Positions 8,946-17,317 of a stretch of 24,402 nt of DNA are shown here, piece by piece. This DNA comes from a virus, in UHGV virus genome UHGV-0126695. One strand, written 5' to 3'. Within the stretch, counting starts at the first letter, position 1. Every line of letters begins with the position of its first letter. The notes under the pieces are model-generated. The model made no database searches. It was not told the DNA's origin and saw only the letters and a list, made by a program, of their open reading frames with translations. A program made the position numbers and the translations under genes.

Positions 8946-9848
8946 TTATGCCGGGGTGGTGATGTACGGGCTGTCCACGATGTCCACATCCTTGTACCAG
9001 ATGTTGGAATCGCCGCCGTTAACCAGCATGGCGTCAATGATCTGCTTCGCGTCCGCGCGGTTTCTCGGCCCCACCACAAGGGTGGTCGGGCGGATACCCA
9101 GCGGTTCACCGTTAGTACCCTTCATGCCCCGCAGCAACTCATTGGCTTTTTTGTAGTTCTCCACCGTCAGTGCCGCACGGGAACCGACGGCGGTCTGCCA
9201 GAAGCCAAACCCTGCATTACCGCGACCGTCCACTCCGTACAGGAATTCGTGGTTTTTGAAGGTGTGCTCACTGTTCAGATCGTCCAGGGCTTCAAACTTA
9301 AAGGCGCGTCGCGGCTGCCAGATGATGGGTTTCAGCACCTGTGATTCATCAATCAGAAACCACGGTTCGCCCTTGTCTGATGCCGGGGTGCCGACAACGT
9401 TGCTGTAGGTGCCGTCACCCAGCGGGTGGTCTTCATCAAAGAAGTTCTGGCCGTCAAAGCACAGAGTGTTAAATCCGGCACACAACAGGCCGTAACACAG
9501 CTTGTCCGGGAATACGGCTGTCATGCGTCCATAGCGCTCAGCGGTAATGCTGTACTGACCAATCTGATCATCTTCAATGTGCTCACGTTTAACGCGGATC
9601 GAACTTTCCCAGAGTTTGTTGGTGATGGTGTAACCATAACCGTCCAGCGTTGCCAGCTGACGCTCGCCAACCCATTCTTTGATGTCCGGCAAATCTTTCA
9701 TCCAGCCGTAGGTGTTGGAAGCAGACGAACTCGGCACCTCAGAGGCGATACGCTTCCATTGCGGCTCGACACCACTCAGACCACGGGTATAAGCGGCGCT
9801 CAGACAGGTGGTCAGCGCGTGAAGGACTTCGGAAGTGACTGCTCCCAT
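8946..9848 (-). CDS. T: Major capsid protein (Mu T / gp34-like)
   Basis: 300-aa ORF directly downstream of the protease/scaffold gene with ATGA overlap; size and context as Mu T. Confidence 0.85.
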   Translation of the reverse strand: MGAVTSEVLHALTTCLSAAYTRGLSGVEPQWKRIASEVPSSSASNTYGWMKDLPDIKEWVGERQLATLDGYGYTITNKLWESSIRVKREHIEDDQIGQYSITAERYGRMTAVFPDKLCYGLLCAGFNTLCFDGQNFFDEDHPLGDGTYSNVVGTPASDKGEPWFLIDESQVLKPIIWQPRRAFKFEALDDLNSEHTFKNHEFLYGVDGRGNAGFGFWQTAVGSRAALTVENYKKANELLRGMKGTNGEPLGIRPTTLVVGPRNRADAKQIIDAMLVNGGDSNIWYKDVDIVDSPYITTPA

Positions 9849-10810
9849 CAGTTATTCTCCTGTTTAGGTTTAGCGGCGAGGAACTCTTCCCCGGTAATAC
9901 CCATGCTGCGGCACATCGCCAGTTCGGCGTCGGTCAGTGTCTGCGCGGGTTTATCCTTGCCCTGGCTGGGCTTGTCGTTGTTCACCAGCGGCTGTGCACC
10001 TTTGGTATACTCCGCAAACTGTTTGCGGCCTTCTTCCGTGCGGCAGGTGGCAAGGAACATGTCACGGTTTGCCGGGGCCACTTTTCCGGCTTCGATGGCC
10101 GCATCCACAAGCGCTTCTGCTTCCTTCTCTTCCAGTTGCTGAAGGCGTTGTTCTGCGGTTTCGGCACGGTTCAGTGCCAGATTGTGGGTTTCCACCGGTA
10201 CAAACTTCGTCAGGTCAGGTGTCTGTGCGCGGTTCAGCGCCACCTGTTCGTTCTCCTGAAGTTGTTTAATGGCGGCCACGGTATCGTCCACCGTGGCAGA
10301 TTCAGCCAGCCCAAGCAGGCCGGTGATTTGCACAGGTACTGTCATCGGGTTTTTCTCCGTATTCAGTGCAGGAAAGTCCAGGTTAGGTTTGTTGGTCAGC
10401 CCGACGCTGGACAGGCGCGTCACCACACCGTCTGCGTCAAAGAAAAACGCCGGGCTGTAATAGCGATAGCGGCGTTCGCTCAGCATCCACCGGGCGTACT
10501 CGCTCCAGACAACACGGCCTTCAATGGTGCCGCTGTCCGTCACGCGCAGTTCTTCCACCCAGCCATACGCCGGGGCTTCATCACCGCGTTGCCCTTTAAT
10601 TTCGGTGGCGTGTTCAATGTCCACCGGAATTTTGATGTCGGACGAGCGGGTGACCACCTCATGCGGATTGCGGTTAATCCACGTCCGGCCATCGCGCCCG
10701 GTGAACTCACCCGCAGGGACGAGTTCGAGCCATTCCGGCAGTTGAGCAGGTGTCAGCTCAGGGATGGGTTCTGGCAGGGAAAAACACAGCGCCAGCAGTT
10801 CCGGTTGCAT
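9848..10810 (-). CDS. I: Head maturation protease / scaffold protein (Mu I / gp32-like)
   Basis: 320-aa ORF, first gene after a non-coding regulatory region; coiled-coil-like C-terminal half (QRLQQLEEKEAEALVDAAIEAGK) consistent with a scaffold domain. GGAG RBS 7 nt upstream. Confidence 0.8.
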   Translation of the reverse strand: MQPELLALCFSLPEPIPELTPAQLPEWLELVPAGEFTGRDGRTWINRNPHEVVTRSSDIKIPVDIEHATEIKGQRGDEAPAYGWVEELRVTDSGTIEGRVVWSEYARWMLSERRYRYYSPAFFFDADGVVTRLSSVGLTNKPNLDFPALNTEKNPMTVPVQITGLLGLAESATVDDTVAAIKQLQENEQVALNRAQTPDLTKFVPVETHNLALNRAETAEQRLQQLEEKEAEALVDAAIEAGKVAPANRDMFLATCRTEEGRKQFAEYTKGAQPLVNNDKPSQGKDKPAQTLTDAELAMCRSMGITGEEFLAAKPKQENN

Positions 10811-10859
10811 GTCAGTCTCCGTCGTTTGGGGTTACCGACGGTCAGTATGCGGAAGGCAG

Positions 10860-10889
10860 AAAAAAAGCCGGATTTACCGGCTTCACTGA
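10860..10889 (-). terminator. Intrinsic terminator-like hairpin with T7 tract (minus strand), copy 1 of a duplicated element upstream of a late operon
   Basis: Minus strand reads TTCAGTGAAGCCGGTAAATCCGGCTTTTTTT: stem AAGCCGG/CCGGCTT, loop TAAAT, then seven T. Nearly identical to the element at 18571..18600. Confidence 0.6.
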
Positions 10890-10907
10890 AAACGGGGAAA
10901 TACCCCC

Positions 10908-10948
10908 TTCAAAACCCCTTCAAAAACGCCACAGCATCTTCAAAAACG
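10908..10948 (-). repeat. Three direct repeats of cttcaaaa(a)c (plus strand) in the F-I intergenic region
   Basis: Copies at 10908..10916, 10919..10929 and 10938..10948 (minus strand reads GTTTT(T)GAAG); spacing 11 and 19 bp. Confidence 0.5.
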
Positions 10949-11023
10949 TCAGAATGCACATTCACGCCATCAGAATAAAAAACGCGTTTCTGATGCGTTT
11001 CAGGGGGATTTACGGCGGGAGGG

Positions 11024-11788
11024 TTACTCACTGTCAAAACGGGCCTGTTTTGTCGCCAGCTGGCGCGCCAGCGCCTGCTCACGGTTTATGCCGGGATTGT
11101 AGTTCCAGCCCGGTTCAATCCCTTCCGGCACGTCTTCCTCTTCACCCGTGCGTTTATTCACCCAGCGGACGGTTCGGATTTCCGGTGCTTCGGTGTGAAT
11201 GCTGCCCTGTGCCGCCAGTTGCTCATACTCAAACCGGTTGACCTGACGAATGGTGCATTTGCAGCCCCAGCCATTAGGGGCGAAATGTGTCTGCCAGAAC
11301 GGGTGGTCTACCGGCAGACACAGACGCGCCCATTTCACATGCTCCGCCCGGTGCTCGCGGGATGGCCCCAGCTCGTAAATCAGATACGGCATGGCCCGCT
11401 TTGTCCGTTGAATGCGTTCCCACTGGCCCGCCGCGCGGGCGGTGCGCATGTTGGTATCGTAAATCGTGCGGAGGCGGCGGTCGCTGCCCAGCTGTACGGT
11501 TCGGGTTTCGCCCGTCAGCGGATCATCCATCTCCTGTACGCCCCACCATCCGCGTTTTATCAGCAGCGGTTGCAGCGCCTCCCGGAACTCGCTGAACGTC
11601 TGCCCGCTTTGCAGGGCGTCTTCCACAAGGGCTTTCACATCCGACAACAAATCCAGTTGCAGCATTTTTGCCACGGTGAAGCTGTTCCGGTGCTCTTCCC
11701 GCCACACATCCCGGTAATCAAAACCGGGGCGCAGCTTCTTCGCCTTCAGCCACGCCAGCGCCTCTTTCGGGGTGAGAGTTTCACGCAT
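11024..11788 (-). CDS. F: Head morphogenesis protein (Mu F / gp30-like)
   Basis: ORF downstream of the portal gene; likely start is ATG 11788 (MRETLTPKEALAWLK...), 4 nt after the portal stop. The track's longer ORF to 11845 would overlap the portal gene by 65 nt. Confidence 0.75.
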   Translation of the reverse strand: MRETLTPKEALAWLKAKKLRPGFDYRDVWREEHRNSFTVAKMLQLDLLSDVKALVEDALQSGQTFSEFREALQPLLIKRGWWGVQEMDDPLTGETRTVQLGSDRRLRTIYDTNMRTARAAGQWERIQRTKRAMPYLIYELGPSREHRAEHVKWARLCLPVDHPFWQTHFAPNGWGCKCTIRQVNRFEYEQLAAQGSIHTEAPEIRTVRWVNKRTGEEEDVPEGIEPGWNYNPGINREQALARQLATKQARFDSE

Positions 11789-13352
11789 GACCGGTGTCCC
11801 CCAGCGCACGCGCCTTAAAGCACACCTCCGCCAGTTGCAGGGCAAAGTCGTCCGCGTTCAGCGTTTCCTGAAGCTCAGGCAGGCGTTTCAGAAAGTCATC
11901 AAAACTGTCGCATTCCTGCGCCAGTGTCAGCACCGGGTTCGTGAACGCCTCGCCGGTTTTCTGCCAGTCACGCAGGGCATCATCCACCATCTGTGCCAGT
12001 TCATCGGGGTGTTCCCGGTTCAGGGCGACGCGCTCGCGGTTCATCGCCACATCACCTGACATTCCGGCAGACACCGGATGCAGAACATCAGCCCCGTCGT
12101 CCGGTTCAGCCAGGCCGAACCGGTCCCGCAGCTCCGATTCCTGAACCCGCATCCCCCGGTCAATCAGCGGCACCAGAGCATCTGTCAGCGCCTTCAGATC
12201 TTCCGCTTCACTGATACGCAGAACAACACGGGGGTAGTGTTCCTGTGGCCCGTAGTTGGCCTCGATGTAGGGCCGCACCAGATATTCATTCAGTGTGTTA
12301 GCCAGCTGCCGCGCGTCCCAGCGCACAATGTCCATGCGCACCTGATTGTGCACGTCCGCCTGTGAACGCGAACTGCCGTTATCCGTGGTCATGGTCTGCC
12401 CCAGCACAGCCTTACTGATTTGCGCATCACACCATTCCGCCATTTCACGGAACAGTGCGCCGCCGTTATTCCGGCTGGCGGTTTCCTTCATTTCCAGTTG
12501 CATGGACTGCGGAATGGCACACCCGGCATCCGAGGCAATGGAAGCAATCGCATCAATCAGCACGCGGATTTGCTCCTCCGTGGCGTTGGGGCCGTATTTC
12601 CCCACCGTGACCGGAATGCCGAATTTTTCCGCAAATGCCCACCAGTCGCGCACGGTAAAGGATTTCAGCATGTACATTACCGCCACCAGACGGGCCAGAC
12701 CGTTACGCAGCGGCAAACCGGATTTCAGGCGCGGCTGATGAACAATGAATTTTCCCGGTGTCAGCGGTACACCATCCACCGGTTCATCGTCTGTCAGCAG
12801 GCGGAACTGGCGCAGAGTGGGCTTTTCGGCTTTCAGAAAACGGGGATCAACCCACTCATAATCACGGGGCATCCAGTGGTTTTTGTGGGTATTCCAGAGA
12901 ATTTCGCAGACCGCCACGCCTTTTCCCAGCCCATCGAGCAAATCGAACATCAGCTCCGGGATTTGCGGGGCTTCCATCAGTGCACGGATGGCGTCCGCCA
13001 GTTGCACGTCAGCATCGTCATCACTGGCGGCCACCACCACCGGTTCAATACCCGCCACCGTCAGCTTGCGGGTGCGCAGCACCGAGGCGTAATGCAAATC
13101 ACGTTCTTCCATCTCTTCGGCAAGGATAAAAAAATCACGCGTGATGCCGTCGGCGGCATTGCGCAGAATGCCTGCCAGCCTGCCGGGATTCAGCCCGGAA
13201 GCAATGCTGATGCCCGGCGATGCCGGACGTACGCCAGCCTGACGCGGGCGGGCCTGTGCTTCATTGAGCGCCTCTTTTTTCAGGGTGTCGCCCTCGCCGG
13301 TTGTCGGGTTCAGCAAATGACGAACATCCCCGGTCTGTTGTTTCAGGTTCAC
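11781..13352 (-). CDS. H: Portal protein (Mu H / gp29-like, DUF935)
   Basis: 523-aa ORF immediately downstream of the large terminase gene with ATGA overlap. Confidence 0.85.
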   Translation of the reverse strand: MNLKQQTGDVRHLLNPTTGEGDTLKKEALNEAQARPRQAGVRPASPGISIASGLNPGRLAGILRNAADGITRDFFILAEEMEERDLHYASVLRTRKLTVAGIEPVVVAASDDDADVQLADAIRALMEAPQIPELMFDLLDGLGKGVAVCEILWNTHKNHWMPRDYEWVDPRFLKAEKPTLRQFRLLTDDEPVDGVPLTPGKFIVHQPRLKSGLPLRNGLARLVAVMYMLKSFTVRDWWAFAEKFGIPVTVGKYGPNATEEQIRVLIDAIASIASDAGCAIPQSMQLEMKETASRNNGGALFREMAEWCDAQISKAVLGQTMTTDNGSSRSQADVHNQVRMDIVRWDARQLANTLNEYLVRPYIEANYGPQEHYPRVVLRISEAEDLKALTDALVPLIDRGMRVQESELRDRFGLAEPDDGADVLHPVSAGMSGDVAMNRERVALNREHPDELAQMVDDALRDWQKTGEAFTNPVLTLAQECDSFDDFLKRLPELQETLNADDFALQLAEVCFKARALGDTGHA

Positions 13353-14884
13353 AGTAAACCTCCCTCATTTTTCAGGCCGCGTGTCAGCTTCATCTGGCGG
13401 CGCGTGTTGCCTTCGTCCGGTTTCGCCGGGCGGTTCAGGCGGTGCAGCTCGTAACGGTGGCAGTCATCCTTGCTGGCAAGGAAGCCCAGGAAAATGGCCA
13501 CAGCGGCGTCGCCGTGACGCTTGCGGCCATCACTACCTTTAGTACGGGCATCGTCAATGCCGGGAACACCACGCAGTAACTGAATGGCCCCGAGGTCATT
13601 GATCACGTCTTCATGCTTCGGAAGGATCAGCTCATCATCTTCAAACGCCGCACGGAAACGGGGCATGTTTTCGCGGTAGAACGCCACGGACAGCATCACC
13701 TGTTCCACCTCATCGCCGTACCGCTCCGCCGCCTGTTCTGCCAGATACTGACCATTCCCCCGTGCATCCATTTTGATACCGTCACGACGGGGCAGACGAT
13801 CGCAAAGCCAGAACAGCACCTGCTCCTGCTGTTTAAACGGCACATTGCCAAGCTCAACCAGGAACGGCACCTCGCGGGTGGTGTCATCGTTCACCGTCAC
13901 AGGGGCCAGTACGGTCAGGTCACCCGAACGCGCAAAGTCTTCCCCCAGACAGTGGCGCAGGTTCTTCGGGAGTTTTTCCAGCTCGGGGCGCACCACTGTT
14001 TCCAGCCATTCCCGGATATCTGCCCGGCGCTGGCTTTCCGTCAGTGCGTTAAATTCCGGTGTGCCGGTAAAGCGCAACACTTTCCCGGTGCCACGGGCCG
14101 CACGTTCACGCAGTGAGCGGGGGATATACGTGCCGCCGCCGTTTTTCGGGACGCAGTAGTATTCTTCCAGTGCGTCTTCGCGGGTGGCGGTATTTCTCAG
14201 CAGACCTTCTTTCCATTCCGCCTCGGCCTCCGGTGACCACACCATGCCGCGCACCTGACAGATACGCCGGTACAGCCCGTCATTGCAGGCATCATCCAGC
14301 GTGATGGTGTGAATACGGTAATCTTTTTTGCCTGCGCGGCTTTCCTGAATCAGCTGGTTAAACGGGTTGTCCACGCCGTCATGGGTGGAAATAAGGCGAA
14401 CCTTACCGCCCCACGTGGTCAGTGGTGTGACCGCCTTGAGTACCTCATCCAGTTGTTCATGAAACGCCGCTTCGTCGATGGTGACATTCCCCTGCATCCC
14501 GCGAATGTTGCCCGGATTACTGGACAGCGCCTTGACCTTAAATCCGCTGGCGAAGTACACGACGAACGTCAGAATGTCCTTGTCTTCGTCGGTGATCACT
14601 TCCTCGCGGATTTCTTCTGCTGCCGCATTAAACGCTTTCGCCCACATTGCCACGGCGTCGATAAATTCGCGGGCCATCTCCTTATTCGAACCGATATAAA
14701 AGTGATCGCTCCCGCCGTTTTCCTTCTTCAGTGATGCGGTCAGTGCCGCATCTGCCGCTTCTGCCCAGGTTAAACCGGTACGGCGGGATTTCTCGGCGAT
14801 TTTCAGTTTTGAATCATCCGCAACCCAGCGTTTCTGATACGGCAGCAGAACATCGGATTCACTGAACGTGTTCATCTGTGTCAT
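13349..14884 (-). CDS. Terminase large subunit (Mu gp28-like)
   Basis: 511-aa ORF between the small terminase-like gene and the portal gene; ATGA overlaps on both sides. Confidence 0.85.
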   Translation of the reverse strand: MTQMNTFSESDVLLPYQKRWVADDSKLKIAEKSRRTGLTWAEAADAALTASLKKENGGSDHFYIGSNKEMAREFIDAVAMWAKAFNAAAEEIREEVITDEDKDILTFVVYFASGFKVKALSSNPGNIRGMQGNVTIDEAAFHEQLDEVLKAVTPLTTWGGKVRLISTHDGVDNPFNQLIQESRAGKKDYRIHTITLDDACNDGLYRRICQVRGMVWSPEAEAEWKEGLLRNTATREDALEEYYCVPKNGGGTYIPRSLRERAARGTGKVLRFTGTPEFNALTESQRRADIREWLETVVRPELEKLPKNLRHCLGEDFARSGDLTVLAPVTVNDDTTREVPFLVELGNVPFKQQEQVLFWLCDRLPRRDGIKMDARGNGQYLAEQAAERYGDEVEQVMLSVAFYRENMPRFRAAFEDDELILPKHEDVINDLGAIQLLRGVPGIDDARTKGSDGRKRHGDAAVAIFLGFLASKDDCHRYELHRLNRPAKPDEGNTRRQMKLTRGLKNEGGLL

Positions 14885-15462
14885 GCGCTAATCCCCAGAA
14901 TGTCCCGTTTGATGGTGTCAGCCGCACCGCCTGACAGACCGCCCGTTCTGACCAGCTCTTCGGTTTTTTCTGCCATCTCCTGCGCAAACGCATCGCGGAT
15001 CGCTTTCTCGCGTTTATGGCTGGTCATGGCGGCCGCTTCCAGACGCTGGGCAACCAGCGCCAGTTGGCCCAGCGCCTTCGGTGCAACAGGTTTGTCATCT
15101 TCTGCCATCGACATGGACGTTTCAAAAGCCAGCGTTTTTACAAACTCCATCAGCAGCTTGCCGACGTCTGACGTCGGCGCGGAACCCAGCTTTGCCGCCC
15201 AGACTTCGGCCATTTCGCGGGAGGCGCGGATTTTGGCCCCGACTTTTTCCATGCGGATGGCATAGCGGTTTAAGCCCGTCCGGCTTAACTGCATCTCTTC
15301 CGGCAGGTTGTGTTCGTCAATCAGGGCATTGATGGCTTCGCGGATGTCTTCCTGTGTGTGCCGCTTTTCCCGCAGCATCTGATGCAACTGCTCCCGGATG
15401 CTGTCCGGGAGTAAATCCACTTTGGAAAGACGGCCACGGGTGGGGCGTTGTTCATTTTCCAT
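14881..15462 (-). CDS. Terminase small subunit-like protein (Mu gp27 / DUF3486-like)
   Basis: ORF directly upstream of the large terminase gene. The track start at 15483 is GTG; ATG at 15462 has a strong AGGAGG RBS. Confidence 0.7.
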   Translation of the reverse strand: MENEQRPTRGRLSKVDLLPDSIREQLHQMLREKRHTQEDIREAINALIDEHNLPEEMQLSRTGLNRYAIRMEKVGAKIRASREMAEVWAAKLGSAPTSDVGKLLMEFVKTLAFETSMSMAEDDKPVAPKALGQLALVAQRLEAAAMTSHKREKAIRDAFAQEMAEKTEELVRTGGLSGGAADTIKRDILGISA

Positions 15463-15610
15463 GTGTGCCCTCCTGTTGCTCACTACGCTGTGAACTTTCG
15501 TATGCAGATTTCAGCGCGCCACTCTGGATTTCACGCCATGTCAGGTTGTGCGCCAGACGGCGGAGTTCATCACGGGACGCTTTACTTATCGGATTCTTTT
15601 TACGGTTCAC
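15452..15610 (-). other. +1-frame open reading frame continuing the gp26-like gene past its stop (GTG at 15610 to TGA at 15452); frameshifted C-terminal part or small overlapping ORF
   Basis: Manual translation: (V)NRKKNPISKASRDELRRLAHNLTWREIQSGALKSAYESSQRSEQQEGTHGK. It fills an otherwise non-coding 137-nt gap in a tightly packed operon and ends overlapping the small terminase start. Confidence 0.4.
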
Positions 15611-15899
15611 GACGGCCCCCGTCTTCAGTTCCCGGTGTTTTCAGACCGGCGTATATTTCTTCGCGAACGGAGCGGATATCCTTACCCAGCAGCTTCCACA
15701 GCCGCGCACATGCCGGTGATGAACGCAGGGCACGTTTCATGGGGGTATCCGGTGCATCCGGGTTCCAGGGCTTTCCGGTCTGTTGTTCGTATGCACAGGC
15801 AATGGCGTTTTGCTCGATATCTGCCAGCACAAGGCAGTACGCCAGCTGCCGCACGACGGCCAGTTCTCCGCGACTTAACGGCTTCAGTTTTCGGGCCAT
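15600..15899 (-). CDS. Hypothetical protein (Mu gp26 position), possibly truncated by a frameshift at a GGGGG run
   Basis: 99-aa ORF MARKLKPLSRGELAVVRQLAY...; stop at 15600 is followed by a 137-nt stretch that is open in the +1 frame. The G5 run (plus-strand ccccc at 15616..15620) lies just upstream of the stop. Confidence 0.55.
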   Translation of the reverse strand: MARKLKPLSRGELAVVRQLAYCLVLADIEQNAIACAYEQQTGKPWNPDAPDTPMKRALRSSPACARLWKLLGKDIRSVREEIYAGLKTPGTEDGGRREP

Positions 15900-15901
15900 G
15901 C

Positions 15902-16195
15902 TCAGTCCCTCGCACGGGGTTTTTTAACGCCCGGAACGCTGGACAGGCCGTTTGCCACATCCTCGCCGCTGCCGGTGATTTCAGCCACGTAACAGCCGCC
16001 CACATCAGACAGACGAACCAGCCCCTGCTCGCGAAGCCATGCAAGCTGGGTGCGCACCACATCACGGGATACCTTATGACCGTAAGCCTGAAGGCAGGTC
16101 TGCAACACGGATTCATTCGCGCTGTCGCCACAGTCCAGCAGGGAACGCAGCAACACAAGACGACGGTCTTCAGTGAGGATCTCTTTCATCGCCAT
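15902..16195 (-). CDS. Small winged-helix-like hypothetical protein
   Basis: 97-aa ORF tightly packed between neighbours; sequence (VRTQLAWLREQGLVRLSD) suggests a winged-helix fold. Function not recognised. Confidence 0.55.
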   Translation of the reverse strand: MAMKEILTEDRRLVLLRSLLDCGDSANESVLQTCLQAYGHKVSRDVVRTQLAWLREQGLVRLSDVGGCYVAEITGSGEDVANGLSSVPGVKKPRARD

Positions 16196-16500
16196 TATTT
16201 TTTTTCCTTTAACTCGTTCTCTAATAACAAATTGCTGATGCGGGATACCTGGCGGATGGATGGCCCCAGCTCTTTGATTTCTCCCCGCAGGTTGCTGATA
16301 TCCAGTTGCAGGCGGTGGAACTCATCACGGTCGGGTAAATGGTGTACCTGGCTTTCCATCACCGACATGCGGGAACGGAGTGAATCAAACTCTTCGCGTT
16401 TGACGTAGGTTTTCGCCAGAATCAGCTGAAGCAGGTTTATTCCTGTCATCAGCAATGCCCACAGAATGGGCCAGTTGGCTCTGATCATTTCCCAGGACAC
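16195..16500 (-). CDS. Membrane-anchored coiled-coil protein (Mu gp25 / DUF2730-like)
   Basis: 101-aa ORF with an N-terminal hydrophobic segment (WPILWALLMTGINLLQLILA) followed by a charged helical region. Confidence 0.6.
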   Translation of the reverse strand: MSWEMIRANWPILWALLMTGINLLQLILAKTYVKREEFDSLRSRMSVMESQVHHLPDRDEFHRLQLDISNLRGEIKELGPSIRQVSRISNLLLENELKEKK

Positions 16501-16712
16501 GTTTTCCTCCTGCGTTCACGCATCTGCTGACAGTCAATACAGGTCACCACATCCGGCAGCGCCGCAAGGCGCTGTGCCGGAATAACGTTCCCGCAGTCAT
16601 TGCATAAGCCCCGGCTGCGGGGCGCTTCTTTTGTCCGTGTCTGCCAGGCTTTAACGACGCTCTGACGCTCGTTCAGAACCACTTCACTGATGCGGTCGAT
16701 TTCGTCGGTCAT
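16485..16712 (-). CDS. TraR/DksA-family C4 zinc-finger protein
   Basis: 75-aa ORF with CxxC-N17-CxxC (CNDCGNVIPAQRLAALPDVVTCIDC), characteristic of phage TraR-like proteins. ATGA overlap with the upstream gene. Confidence 0.8.
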   Translation of the reverse strand: MTDEIDRISEVVLNERQSVVKAWQTRTKEAPRSRGLCNDCGNVIPAQRLAALPDVVTCIDCQQMRERRRKTCPGK

Positions 16713-17317
16713 TTCGGCCCCGCAGACATTTTGTGACGGCTTGATTTGCTGTAACGGGCAAAGCCGTCAAGGGTTCTTACACCGAGATAGCCCAGCGCCG
16801 GGGTAAGCAACATCAGCGTGATATCCCAGTCCGGTGATGGCATATGCAGCGTGATACCTCTGGCACCGGCAATGGCTCCGGCAATCTGGCCGCAGGAGAG
16901 CAACAGCACATAGGCCAGACTGCTGTAACAGGAAAGGCGGGCCAGCAGCGGGCGTGTCTGGCGCACATAGCTGTCCGTGGCGTTGTCACCATTGCGGATG
17001 GTTTCCTGCTGTTCGTGGTGTGCGGCCTGCTGGTCAGCCAGCACCAGCTTCTGCCGTTCCACCTCCAGCTGTTGCAGCTGAACTTTCAGGGTTTCCATCT
17101 GCACCAGTTGCTCCGGTGACAGCATCACCAGTTTTTGTTCCAGAATGCGTTGCTGTTCAGCAACGGGCAGGCTTTCCCGGACGCTTTCCACCATACCGGC
17201 CACCGAGTCTGCGGCGGCAGATGTGCTGCCACCAAACCAGCGCCCGACGGAACGAATCAGCCCCGGCCCGGCTTTCAGCAGAACAGAGGCGATGCCTGAA
17301 AGGGTTAACGGATCCAT
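16709..17317 (-). CDS. Holin-like protein (coiled-coil N-terminus, hydrophobic C-terminus; 3TM-holin-like)
   Basis: 202-aa ORF in the lysis cassette; central coiled coil (QQRILEQKLVMLSPEQLVQMETLKVQLQQLEVERQKL) and C-terminal transmembrane segments. Confidence 0.55.
   Translation of the reverse strand: MDPLTLSGIASVLLKAGPGLIRSVGRWFGGSTSAAADSVAGMVESVRESLPVAEQQRILEQKLVMLSPEQLVQMETLKVQLQQLEVERQKLVLADQQAAHHEQQETIRNGDNATDSYVRQTRPLLARLSCYSSLAYVLLLSCGQIAGAIAGARGITLHMPSPDWDITLMLLTPALGYLGVRTLDGFARYSKSSRHKMSAGPK

Larger units (their letters stand above)
10811..11023 (-). promoter_or_regulatory. Non-coding region between the F-like gene and gene I; candidate late promoter (P_I-like) region
   Basis: 213 bp with no credible ORF on either strand. 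Contains the palindrome AAACGCGTTT (10980..10989) followed by a T-run on the minus strand, three direct repeats of cttcaaaa(a)c (10908..10948), a GGGG-N5-CCCC dyad, and the hairpin/T-tract element at 10860..10889. Confidence 0.5.

Noticed and set aside
10136-10978. 280-aa plus-strand ORF
   Set aside because: Antisense to the protease/scaffold gene and running into the regulatory region; shadow ORF.
10841-10978. 45-aa plus-strand ORF (MRKAEKKPDLPASLK...) in the F-I intergenic region
   Set aside because: Opposite strand to the whole operon, spans the hairpin/T-tract element, no RBS; it is simply the tail of a shadow ORF.
11031-11054. Hairpin caaaac-gggcct-gttttg
   Set aside because: Lies inside the 3' end of the F-like coding sequence and has no T-tract; probably incidental.
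11789-11845. Longer start of the F-like gene at 11845
   Set aside because: Would overlap the portal gene by 65 nt; the ATG at 11788 lies 4 nt after the portal stop with a G-rich RBS.
12420-13454. 344-aa plus-strand ORF
   Set aside because: Lies entirely antisense to the portal gene; composition is Arg/His/Gln/Cys-rich and low-complexity, typical of a shadow ORF in GC-rich coding DNA; no RBS context.
15463-15599. Possible packaging (pac) site or promoter in the 137-nt gap before the small terminase gene
   Set aside because: No convincing repeat structure; the gap is better explained by the frameshifted gp26-like gene whose +1 frame fills it.
15548-16408. 286-aa plus-strand ORF
   Set aside because: Antisense to three tightly packed minus-strand genes; shadow ORF.
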